Positions 17,298 through 26,400 of a DNA stretch of 38,458 nucleotides are shown piece by piece. This DNA comes from Pseudomonas phage Bise. The notes beneath the pieces were generated by a model. It did no database searches, had not been told where the DNA came from, and saw only the letters and a program-made list of their open reading frames with translations. Position 1 is the first letter of the stretch. Each line of letters opens with the position of its first letter. The stretch lies in sequence record OR683401.1, one strand, 5' to 3'. The position numbers and the translations under genes are program-made.

Positions 17298-18227
17298 ATG
17301 GCAATTCGCCCGTTTCCCATCGACCCGGTGTTGACCGCCATCGCCATTGCGTACCGCAACCCGGACGTGGTGCTGATCGCCGACAGCGTCCTGCCGCGCA
17401 CGCCGACCTCGCAGGAGTTCAAGTGGCTGGAGTACGACCTGGCGCAAGGCTTCACCGTCCCCGACACCCGCGTGGGCCGCAAGTCGGTGCCCAACGAAGT
17501 CGAGTTCAAGGCCGAGGAGCGCACCGACAAGGTCGAAGACCACGGCCTCGACGACATCGTGCCGAACGAGGACGTCGAAGCCGACAACCAGGGCGTCGAT
17601 CCGCTCGGCACGTCCACGGCCTACCTGACCAACCTGGTGAACCTGGGCCGTGAGCAGCGCGTCGCTGCCAAAGTGTTCAACCCGGCCAGCTTCTCGGCCA
17701 GCAACCAGGCGACGCTGTCGGGCACCAGCCAGTGGTCGCACGATTCGTCCGACCCGGTGGCCTCCATCGGCGACGCGCTCGACTCGCCGATCATCCGCCC
17801 GAACATCGCCGTGTTTGGCCAGCAGACCTGGACGAAGCTGCGCCGTCACAAGCTGATCGTGCAGGCCATCAAGGGCACGGCGCAGGGCGCTGGCATGGTG
17901 TCGCGCCAGGAGTTCGCCGAGTTCTTCGAGCTGCAAGAAGTGCTGGTCGGCGCAGGCTTCGTGAACCAGGCCAAGAAGGGCCAGGCCGCGACCATGTCGC
18001 GCGTGTGGGGCAAGCACGCGGCCTTCCTGTACCGCGACCGCGCCGCTGGCCCGCAAGCTGGCGTGACCTACGGCTTCACCGCCGCCTGGGGCAACAAGAT
18101 CGCGGGCAGCATCGACGAGCCGAAGATCGGCCTGACCGGCTCCCAGCGCGTGCGCTCCGGCGAGCGCGTGAAGGAGGTCATCTGCGCCCGCGACCTGGGC
18201 TACTTCTTCCAGAACGCGGTGGCGTAA
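17298..18227 (+). CDS. Major capsid protein (Mu T-like)
   Basis: 309 aa; RBS AGGAGA; Mu gpT-like sequence. Confidence 0.8.
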   Translation: MAIRPFPIDPVLTAIAIAYRNPDVVLIADSVLPRTPTSQEFKWLEYDLAQGFTVPDTRVGRKSVPNEVEFKAEERTDKVEDHGLDDIVPNEDVEADNQGVDPLGTSTAYLTNLVNLGREQRVAAKVFNPASFSASNQATLSGTSQWSHDSSDPVASIGDALDSPIIRPNIAVFGQQTWTKLRRHKLIVQAIKGTAQGAGMVSRQEFAEFFELQEVLVGAGFVNQAKKGQAATMSRVWGKHAAFLYRDRAAGPQAGVTYGFTAAWGNKIAGSIDEPKIGLTGSQRVRSGERVKEVICARDLGYFFQNAVA

Positions 18228-18237
18228 GGGGACGGCG

Positions 18238-18534
18238 ATGGCAAAGAAAGAACCCGTCCAGGAACCGCAAGGCGAAGGCACCGCGCCGCAGGCCGACACC
18301 GTACAAGCCGACGCCGCGCAAGCCGGTGCATCCAGCGCGCAGCCGGAAGACCAGGCCCAGGCCGAGCAGCAGGCGAAGCCCACACCGGGCGACGCCAAGA
18401 CCGTCCGGCCCATCGTGCGCATTGAGCACGATGGCCAGGTCTATGAACCCGGCACCGACACCACCTTCGAGGTCGGCGGCAAGCAACTGCAATCCCTGCT
18501 CGACGTGAAAGCCGTCGAGGTCGTGGAGGTATGA
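18238..18534 (+). CDS. Hypothetical head-region protein
   Basis: 98 aa, acidic / Gln-rich N-terminus. Confidence 0.4.
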   Translation: MAKKEPVQEPQGEGTAPQADTVQADAAQAGASSAQPEDQAQAEQQAKPTPGDAKTVRPIVRIEHDGQVYEPGTDTTFEVGGKQLQSLLDVKAVEVVEV

Positions 18535-18929
18535 ACATGGAAGCCACCCAAGTGAACGGCCCGCGTGTCACCCCGGCCGATGTCGAGGCGGAGATCGTCA
18601 GCCAGTTCTTCTTCACCGCCGCCGATGGCGTGCTCGGCGAGTCCCAGCTCGGTACCGCGCCTGCGGCGTGGGTCGGCCTGGAGCGTGTGACGTTCGCCGT
18701 GCTGACGCTGCGCAACGGCACCAAGGTGGTCGGCATCAACTACGGTGCCATCGACCCGGCGCAGCATAGTCCCGAGCGCGGCCGCGACGAGGCTCGCAAG
18801 GACGCCGTGAACAAGGTCTATGAACTGCTGGGCTTCCGCCTGCGCGACGAGCTGGCGCGTCCCGTTCTGACCGAGGCCGATGCACTGGCTGACCTCAACG
18901 GCACGCCGCGTCCCAGCCGGGCGAGCTGA
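18531..18929 (+). CDS. Hypothetical head-completion-region protein
   Basis: 132 aa ORF with 4-nt overlap. Confidence 0.4.
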   Translation: MNMEATQVNGPRVTPADVEAEIVSQFFFTAADGVLGESQLGTAPAAWVGLERVTFAVLTLRNGTKVVGINYGAIDPAQHSPERGRDEARKDAVNKVYELLGFRLRDELARPVLTEADALADLNGTPRPSRAS

Positions 18930-18971
18930 TCTTCCTACCGCAAAGCCACCTGCCCTTCTCCTCGGCAGTTT

Positions 18972-19006
18972 GCCCGCGCCCGTTTCCCCTGGCGCGGGCT
19001 TTTTTT
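18972..19006 (+). terminator. Rho-independent terminator: GCCCGCGCC(10-nt loop)GGCGCGGGC followed by T7
   Basis: 9-bp GC stem plus T-run directly after the head operon. Confidence 0.65.
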
Positions 19007-19213
19007 CGGCGGCGCTCTGTGCGGCCCTACAAGCCCTCTAAGCGCCCACGGTGTCCCGGTTGTATGGCCTGGGACGTTCGGACGCGCTGCGAATGTTCGC
19101 AAACGGCTGTGTGCGGCGATGGAAAGCCCAGGCCGGGATGCAGACGGCGGCGCAGGTTGAAAACCCCGCTGAAATCGCCTGCGCGCACCTGCGCGGCGGC
19201 CCGCTGCATCGCC

Positions 19214-19239
19214 AGCAAAAACTAAAGACCTTTACTGTC
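19214..19239 (+). promoter_or_regulatory. Late-promoter activator site upstream of gp36: CAGCAAAAACTAAAGACCTTTACTGTC
   Basis: Conserved dyad motif; centre about 42 bp upstream of the ATG at 19271. The downstream leader CGCTCGGCAAAGTG(A/G)CGGCATGGAC is near-identical to that of P_I. Confidence 0.5.
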
Positions 19240-19270
19240 CCCGTGGTGGGGCGCTCGGCAAAGTGACGGC

Positions 19271-19726
19271 ATGGACTACGCCACCCTCACTCAACTGACC
19301 GAGCGTTACGCCGAGCGTGACCTGCGGCTTATCACCGACCCGGACGCACAGGCGCTCGACGCTGGCCGCGCTGCCCAGGCGCTGGCCGATGCTGCCGCCG
19401 AGATCGACGCCTGGCTTGATCGCCGCTACGTGCTGCCGCTGGTGACCGTGGACGGCGAGCCGCTGGCCGCGCCGATAGTGCTGGTGCGCTGCGCGTGCGA
19501 CATCGCCATCTACCGGATGCAGACGCTGCGGCCCGCCGATGACGTGAAGGACGCGCGGCAACGCTACGAGGACGTGGTGAAGCTGCTCAAGGCAATCGGC
19601 TGCGGCGACGTTTCGCTGCCAGGCGCGAAGCTGCGCGCCGACGTGTCCGACAGCCCTGCATCGCAATCGGCCGGTATGCCGCAGTTCGGCCAGCCGCCGT
19701 CGCTGTTCGGTCGGAGGAACCGCTGA
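19271..19726 (+). CDS. Mu gp36-like (DUF1320) protein
   Basis: 151 aa; typical position before gp37 and the sheath. Confidence 0.6.
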   Translation: MDYATLTQLTERYAERDLRLITDPDAQALDAGRAAQALADAAAEIDAWLDRRYVLPLVTVDGEPLAAPIVLVRCACDIAIYRMQTLRPADDVKDARQRYEDVVKLLKAIGCGDVSLPGAKLRADVSDSPASQSAGMPQFGQPPSLFGRRNR

Positions 19727-20280
19727 TGAGCACGGTTGGCGAACTGGAGAACGCCATCGTGGCCCGCCTGTCGGCGGCGCTCACGCTGCCGGGCCAGGTG
19801 CATCCCAAGGTGGAAGTGCGGGCCTGGCCTGATCGCCCGCGCGACTACCGCATGGCCCATCCCCACGGCGCGGCGCTGGTCATCTATCGCGGCAGCAGGT
19901 TCAACCACCGCGCGACCGCCGGGCAACTGGTGGCCTACGAGGACGAGTTCGAGCTGGGCCTGGTGTCGCGCTCGCTGCGCGAAGCGAACGCACCGGGCGC
20001 AGCGGAGGCCGCCCTGGGCGTGGGCATCTACGACTTGCTCCAGACCTGCCGCGAAACGCTCATGGGCTGGGTGCCGCAGTTCGCTTCCGGCCAGGTGCGC
20101 GTCATCAGCGTCGAGTTCGACGACTACGTCGAGGGAACGTGGGGCTACAGCCTGCGTTTCGCCATTCCCATGACCACGGTGGCCAACCGGCCACGTCCGC
20201 CAGGCCCGTGGCCCGTCAGCAACGAAGACGACGCCCCGCCACTGACGGAGCGTGCCGTGCAGTTACCCCAAACCACTTAA
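19726..20280 (+). CDS. Mu gp37-like (DUF1834) protein
   Basis: 184 aa; start overlaps the upstream stop. Confidence 0.6.
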   Translation: MSTVGELENAIVARLSAALTLPGQVHPKVEVRAWPDRPRDYRMAHPHGAALVIYRGSRFNHRATAGQLVAYEDEFELGLVSRSLREANAPGAAEAALGVGIYDLLQTCRETLMGWVPQFASGQVRVISVEFDDYVEGTWGYSLRFAIPMTTVANRPRPPGPWPVSNEDDAPPLTERAVQLPQTT

Positions 20281-20293
20281 ACGAAGGAGTCCC

Positions 20294-20561
20294 TATGTCT
20301 CGCTTTCTCTACACCGGCCCCGATTCCGCCGTGACGCTCAAGGTGAGCGACGGCAAGGGCAACTTCAACGACCAGGACGTGCTGCTCTGGAACGACCAGG
20401 AGGTCGAGCTGCCCGCCGATCACGACCTGGTGCGCGTGCTGGTGCAGAAGGGCCGCCTGACCCCGGTGCAGGCCGCGCCTGTGCAGGTCGAGCAGCCTGC
20501 CGCCACCAGCTCCACCGAAACGACGGCCGCGACCGAGAAGTCGGCGGGCAAGACCAAGTAA
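20294..20561 (+). CDS. Small hypothetical tail-region protein
   Basis: ATG at 20294 with RBS AAGGAG; 89 aa. Confidence 0.45.
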
Positions 20562-20579
20562 CCCTGAAAGGAGATTCCA

Positions 20580-22031
20580 ATGGCTGCAAATTTTCTGCAC
20601 GGCGTCGAGACCATCGAGATCGACAGCGGCCCGCGTGCCGTGTCCCTGGTGAAGACCGCCGTGGTTGGCATCATCGGCACGGCGGCGGCTGGCGCGGTGA
20701 ACACGCCCATCCTGGTCACCAGCGAGCGCGACTTCGCGCAGTTCGGCGAGGACATCCCCAACAGCACCATCCGCAAGGCGCTCGACCGCATCTACAAGCA
20801 GAAGGGCACGGTGGCCATCGTCATCAACGTGCTCGACCCGGCCACGCACAAAACCACGCTCTCCACGCCGGAGACCGTGACCATTGACCTGGACGGCAAG
20901 TTCGCGCTGGGCCATGCCGCCGTGGTGGGTGCCCTCACGCTGACCAACTCGGCGGGCACCACCACCTACGTCAAGGACACCGACTATTCTTTCGACCCGG
21001 CGACCGGCACCGGCGAGCGCATCAGCACCGGCAGCATCCCGGCGGGCACCGTGGCCAGCCCCACCACGCTGAAGGCGTCGTACTCCTACGCGAACCCGAC
21101 GCTGGTGCAGCCCTCGGACGTCATCGGCACCGTCAACGGGGCGGGCCAGCGCACGGGCATGAAGGCGTTCCGCGACAGCTACCAGCTTTTCGGCTACTAC
21201 CCGAAGATCATCATCGCCCCGGTGTTCAGCACGCTCAACTCGGTGTCCTCCGAGCTGGGTGCGCTGATGGAGAGCATCCGCGCCTTCGGCTTCATCAGCG
21301 CGCCCATCGGCACCACGGTGCAGCAGGCGATCACGGGGCGCGGGCCGTCCGGTAGCATCAACTTCAACACCAGCTCGCGCCGCATCGGCTTGTGCTTCCC
21401 GCACGTCAAGGACTACGACACGGCGACGGACACCGAGGTGCTGGCCGACCTGGCGACCTACGCCGCAGGCGCGCTGGCCCGCAAAGACCAGGAAAACGGC
21501 TACTGGTGGTCGCCCTCGAACACCGAGCTGCTCGGCGTGACCGGCCTGGAAACGCCCATCTACGCGATGATCAACGACGCCAACAGCGAGGCCAACCTGC
21601 TGAACGAGGCGGGCATCATCACGGTGTTCAACAGCTACGGCACGGGCATCCGCCTGTGGGGCAACCGCAGCGCGGCTTTCCCGAGCGAGACGCACCCCAA
21701 GAACTTCATCAACGTGCTGCGCACGGCGGACGTCATCGCCGAAAGCCTGGAGTACTACACGCTCCAGTACGTGGATCGCCCGCTGGACAACGCCCTCATC
21801 GACGCCATCGTGGAGAGCGGCAACGCCTTCATGCGCAAGCTCAAGGCGGACGGCGCGATCATCGACGGCAAGGTGTGGTTCGACCCGGCCGACAACGAGA
21901 CCACCGAGCTGTCGGCGGGCCACGCCACGTTCACCTACGACTTCATGCCGCCGCCTGCCACCGAGCGCGTGACCTACAAGTCCATCGTCAACACGGACTA
22001 CCTCAACCAGTTGGGCACGAAGTCCTCCTGA
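20580..22031 (+). CDS. Tail sheath protein (Mu L-like)
   Basis: 483 aa; RBS AAGGAGA; sheath-family sequence. Confidence 0.85.
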   Translation: MAANFLHGVETIEIDSGPRAVSLVKTAVVGIIGTAAAGAVNTPILVTSERDFAQFGEDIPNSTIRKALDRIYKQKGTVAIVINVLDPATHKTTLSTPETVTIDLDGKFALGHAAVVGALTLTNSAGTTTYVKDTDYSFDPATGTGERISTGSIPAGTVASPTTLKASYSYANPTLVQPSDVIGTVNGAGQRTGMKAFRDSYQLFGYYPKIIIAPVFSTLNSVSSELGALMESIRAFGFISAPIGTTVQQAITGRGPSGSINFNTSSRRIGLCFPHVKDYDTATDTEVLADLATYAAGALARKDQENGYWWSPSNTELLGVTGLETPIYAMINDANSEANLLNEAGIITVFNSYGTGIRLWGNRSAAFPSETHPKNFINVLRTADVIAESLEYYTLQYVDRPLDNALIDAIVESGNAFMRKLKADGAIIDGKVWFDPADNETTELSAGHATFTYDFMPPPATERVTYKSIVNTDYLNQLGTKSS

Positions 22032-22061
22032 CCCACTTCACCAATCTGAAAGGAGCCAATC

Positions 22062-22583
22062 GTGGCTGGCATTCAAGTCAATACGCTCAACAACGCGAAC
22101 ATCTACATCGACGGCAACAGCCTGCTGGGCCAGGCCGAGGAGTTCAAGCTCCCGGTCGTGAAGTTCAAGATGGCCGAGCACAAGGCCGTGGGTATGGTCG
22201 GCGCGATCAAGCTGCCCAGCGGCTTCGATGCGCTGGAAGGCGAGATCAAGTGGAACAGTTTCTACGCCAACGTGTGGCCCAAGCTGCTCGACCCGTTCAC
22301 CCCGGTGCAGCTCCAGGCGCGCGGCAGCCTGGAGACCTACACCAGCCAGGGCCGCACGCAGCAGGTGCCCTACGTGGTGTTCCTCACCGCGTCGTTCTAC
22401 GAAGTGCCGACCGGCGACTTCAAGCAGAACGACAAGGCCGAGTTCAGCAGCAAGTTCTACGCGACCTACATCAAGCAGCAGGTCAACGGCTCGGACGTGC
22501 TGGAAGTCGATGCGATGGCCAACATCTACAAGGTCAGCGGCGTTGACAAGCTCGACCTGTACCGCACCAACATCGGAGGCTGA
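22062..22583 (+). CDS. Tail tube protein (Mu M-like)
   Basis: 173 aa directly after the sheath; RBS AAGGAG. Confidence 0.75.
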   Translation: MAGIQVNTLNNANIYIDGNSLLGQAEEFKLPVVKFKMAEHKAVGMVGAIKLPSGFDALEGEIKWNSFYANVWPKLLDPFTPVQLQARGSLETYTSQGRTQQVPYVVFLTASFYEVPTGDFKQNDKAEFSSKFYATYIKQQVNGSDVLEVDAMANIYKVSGVDKLDLYRTNIGG

Positions 22584-22588
22584 CCATC

Positions 22589-22885
22589 ATGACCGACACC
22601 ACGAAAAACACCGCCGCACCCGTCAATCCCGCCAGCGCGGAGCTGGCGATTCCGCTGGCCACGCCCAATGGCGAGGTCAAGACCATCAGCTTCCGGCGCG
22701 GCAAGGCCAAGGACATGGTGGCCGCGCAGCGCATCGAGTCCGACCCGGCGCGCCGCGAGCTGGTGCTCATGGCGATGCTGTCCGAGCAGAAACTCACCGT
22801 CGAGGACATCGAGGAGCTGGACTTGGCCGATCTGGCCACTGTCCAGGCGGCATTTCAAAGTCTGTGGCTGCCCCGCGCTTCCTGA
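22589..22885 (+). CDS. Tail assembly chaperone (upstream frame)
   Basis: 98 aa between tube and tape measure. Confidence 0.5.
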   Translation: MTDTTKNTAAPVNPASAELAIPLATPNGEVKTISFRRGKAKDMVAAQRIESDPARRELVLMAMLSEQKLTVEDIEELDLADLATVQAAFQSLWLPRAS

Positions 22886-23036
22886 CGAGACCTTGTGGGA
22901 GGCGTGCGGGCTGCTCGCCAAGTGGTTCCACTTCCAGCCCACGGAAATCTACGAGCTGGAGTGGTGGGATTTTGAGAAGTGGGTGGGCCTGGCGGTGAAG
23001 CAGGCCGAGGCCGCCGCAGCGGCTTACCGGGCGTAG
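22668..23036 (+). CDS. Frameshift extension of the tail assembly chaperone (+1/-2 frame relative to 22589..22885)
   Basis: Overlapping ORF in a different frame with a protein-like C-terminus ...TEIYELEWWDFEKWVGLAVKQAEAAAAAYRA; conserved G/GT-type arrangement. Confidence 0.35.
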   Translation: MARSRPSASGAARPRTWWPRSASSPTRRAASWCSWRCCPSRNSPSRTSRSWTWPIWPLSRRHFKVCGCPALPDETLWEACGLLAKWFHFQPTEIYELEWWDFEKWVGLAVKQAEAAAAAYRA

Positions 23037-23314
23037 CCGAGGCGGCGGGCCAGCCAGGCGAAGGGCGTGGGAAGCATCCAGGCGACCCAGCGCAGGGGCA
23101 GGCAGATCACCAGGCCCAGGGCGTAGCCAATGATGCCGCCGCCGATGGCTCCAGGGATGGAGGTGAGAAGAAGGCCCAGCGCCGTGCCCAAGAACGCGAG
23201 CAGGAAGCCAACCACCCCGGAGCATTGCGCCCAGGGCAGCTTCATGGCGTCAGCGGTGTCGCGTTCCGCCTGATCGCCTGCTTCCTGCCATGTTTTTTGG
23301 AGCCAGTTTTTCAT
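23024..23314 (-). CDS. Antisense moron: two-TM glycine-zipper membrane protein (96 aa)
   Basis: High GC3 coding bias; hydrophobic helices with IPGAIGGGIIGYALGL; lower-GC upstream region 23316-23440 with a sigma70-like TTGGCC-16-TATACT on the minus strand. Confidence 0.5.
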   Translation of the reverse strand: MKNWLQKTWQEAGDQAERDTADAMKLPWAQCSGVVGFLLAFLGTALGLLLTSIPGAIGGGIIGYALGLVICLPLRWVAWMLPTPFAWLARRLGYAR

Positions 23315-23440
23315 GTCGAAAACGCTAACGCTGGGTATCGTCTTTTCGTCGATGGGGGCTGGTGCTGTTGCCACCACTATCGGGACTGTGGTAGGCCACC
23401 TCGGCAGTATAGAAAAAAGGTTGTTCAGGCCAAATCCCGG

Positions 23441-26400
23441 ATGAAGGAACTCGGCCTGGAGACCGTGGATGCCTTCGCCGTCCAGAAGAAGGAACTGCAA
23501 AAGGCGAAGGAAGAACTCCAGTCGCACCAGGAGGCCACCACCTCGCTGGGCCGCGCTGTTTCCCAGGCCCGCGTCCAGCAGGAGGCGGCGACCGAATCGC
23601 TGCAAGCCTATCGCACCGAGCTGGCTGGGCAGACCGGCCGCGCCACGGATGAGCAGCGCACCAAGCTCAAGGAACTGCGCGACCAGGTCGGCCTGGCCGA
23701 CAAGAACCTCAAGGGACTGACGCGCGAGTTCAAGGACGCCCGCGACAAGGGCGAAGGCATGAACGAGAGCGTGATGCGCCAAACCGAGCGCCTGCAACGG
23801 CTGCGCTCGGCCCTGGAGCAGAACGGTGTCTCCACGCGCAACCTGGCCGAGCACCGCCGCCGCATCACCCAGGCCATGCGCGACGAGCAGGCCACGGTGG
23901 ACAGGCTGACCACTCGCTACGAGAAGCTGAAGGCCGCGCAGAACGCGCAGCAGCAGGCTCGCGCCGACCTCAACTCGCGCTGGGGCGATGCGATGGCCGC
24001 CTACGGCACCGCGCGGGCGCTGGGTGCGCCCGTTGGGGCGTTCATCCGCCAGGACGATGCGCTCAACTCGCTCCAGGTCGCCATGATGGACAAGAACGGC
24101 CAGGTGGGCGGCACCTACGACGCGCTCAAGCGTCAGGCCATCGAGCTGGGCAACCTGCTGCCGGGCACCACGGCGGACTTCGTTGGCACCGCCCGCGCGC
24201 TCATGGAGCAAGGCGTGGCGGTCGAGTCGGTGCTGGGCGGCGGCTTGAAGGCGGCCTCGTACCTGTCGGTGGTGCTGCGTATGCCCACCGAGGAAGCCGG
24301 TGAGATGGCGGCCAAGCTGCGCGAAGCCTACAAGCTCTCCGACGACGAGCTGACGAAGATGGCCGACTCCATGCAGCGGGCCAAGTTCGCCTTCGGCATG
24401 AAGCCATCCGACCTCATGGCCGCCAGCGCCTACCAGGCACCCATGCTCAACCAGCTCGGTATCTCCGGCATCGACAACACCAACAAGATGCTGGCCATCC
24501 AGGGCATGGCCGCGCAGGTTGGCCTGGAGGGTTCCTCGTTCGGTACCAACTTCTCGATGATGCTCTCGCGGCTGGCCAAGGGGCCGCAGATGATCGAGGA
24601 CGCCAAGAAGGGCATGAAGGGCCACGCCAAGGGGCTGATGGAGGACGCGGGCATCACCTTCGACTTCTTCGACAAGCAGGGCAACTTCGCGGGCCTCGAC
24701 CACATGGTCACCGAGCTGGAGAAGCTCAAGACCATCAAGGACAAGCTGGGCGACAAGGCGGCGATGGAAGTGGCCGAGGCCATGTTCGGTGCGGAGGCGG
24801 GCCGCCCGGCCATGATTCTGGCCGAGCAAGGCATGGCCGGGTTCCGTGCCGCGCAGGAGCGCATGGCGCAGCAGGCCAGCCTGCAACAGCGCATCGAACG
24901 CACCACGGCCAGCAGCCGCAACACCATCGAAGCCTTGGGCGGCTCCCTGGAGAACCTGGGCGCGGCGCTGGCCGGGCCGGTGGTGCAGGCGCTGCATCCG
25001 CTCATCAACACGCTGAACACCGCCACCGGCTGGCTGACGGAGTTTGCCGATAGCAATCCGCGCGCCACCAAGGCGCTGGGCTTCCTGGTGCTGGGCCTGG
25101 GCGCGGCGATCACCACCTTCTTCGCGCTGGGCGTGGCCATGTCCTTCGGCCGCGTGCTCGCTTCGGGCTTCCAGGTCTTTTCGCTCATGACGCGCATCGG
25201 CGGCGGCGCGGCCTGGCTGGGCGGCGTGCTGCGCGGGCCGCTGCTGGGCGCGCTGGGCGTGGCCAGGGTGGCGGTCATCGCGCTGGGCCGGGCCATGCTG
25301 ATGAACCCCATCGGCCTCATCATCACCGGCATCGCGGCAGGCGCGTACCTGGTGTATCGCTACTGGACGCCGATCAAGGGCTTCTTCCTGGGCCTGTGGG
25401 GCGGCATCAAGTCGGGCTTCGTGAGCGCCTGGAACGGCGTCACGTCGATCTTCACCGGCATCTGGAGCCAGATCACCAGCGCCTTCTCCGGTGGCATCGC
25501 GGGCGTGGGCAAGCTCATCGTGAACTGGTCGCCGATGGGGCTTTTCTACAAAGCATTTTCTGGCGTGTTGTCCTGGTTCGGCGTTGACCTGCCGAAGAAC
25601 TTCACGGACTTCGGCGCGAACATCATCAGCGGGCTGACCAGCGGCATCAAATCGGCCATTGGCGGTGCGGTCACGGCCATCGGCGACTTCGCCTCGGGCC
25701 TGAAGTCGAAGTTCACCAACCTGCTGGGCATCAAGTCGCCCTCCAGGGTGTTCATGGGTTTCGGCGGCAACATCGGCGAGGGCGCGGCGCTGGGCATTCT
25801 GCAATCCGTGCCTGGAGTCCAGGGCGCGGCAGGCAGGCTGGCCGGGGTGGCGTTGGCTGGTGCGGTCGCCGCGAGCAACACCGCCGTCGCGGGGGTGAAC
25901 AGCTCCATCCAGACGCGCCAGCCGATTGAGCCGCCGCGCCTGGAAGCTCCGGCCGCACAGGCGCTGCGCCCGGTCGCGCCTGCCGCCATGCCGCGCGTCG
26001 AGCTGCCGCGCATGGGTGTCCCGCGGCTGGACGTGCCCGAGCAGCCGCGCCAGGCTGCTGCGCCCGCACCGATGCCGCAGTCCGCTGCACCCACGCCTGC
26101 CCGCGTTGAACTGCTGCGCCTGGTTGCTCCGGCAATGGCCCCGCTGTCGCTGCCCACGGTGTCGGTAACGGTGCCGCGCATTGAGCTGCCGTCGATGCCA
26201 CGCGCAGATCTGCCTGGCCAGCCGGTGCCGCGCCAGGTTGCCTCGCCAGCGGCTGCGCAGCCTGTCGCGCCCGTGGTGGTGCAGCAGGCCAGCCAGCCCG
26301 CTCCGGCGCGTATCGTGCTGCCCAGCCAGACAGCACCGGCCGCAGTGCCGCCGCCGGTGGTTGCCTTGCCGCCGATGCCGCGTATCGAGATGCCGCGCCT

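Noticed and set aside
19019-19266. ORFs 19019..19225 and 19051..19266 between the head terminator and gp36
   Set aside because: They lie across a terminator and a late-promoter motif; Arg/Cys-rich; no RBS. The region is regulatory.
22979-23440. N-terminal 154 codons of ORF 22979..26800 as part of the tape measure
   Set aside because: Translation (GGPGGEAGRGRRSG...) is not protein-like and overlaps the chaperone and the antisense moron. The first plausible tape-measure start is ATG 23441.
23313-23444. 43-aa plus-strand hydrophobic peptide ending in ATGA overlap with the tape-measure start
   Set aside because: Poor GC3 bias (many A/T-ending codons) in a genome with strong GC3 skew. The region is better explained as the promoter / leader of the minus-strand moron.
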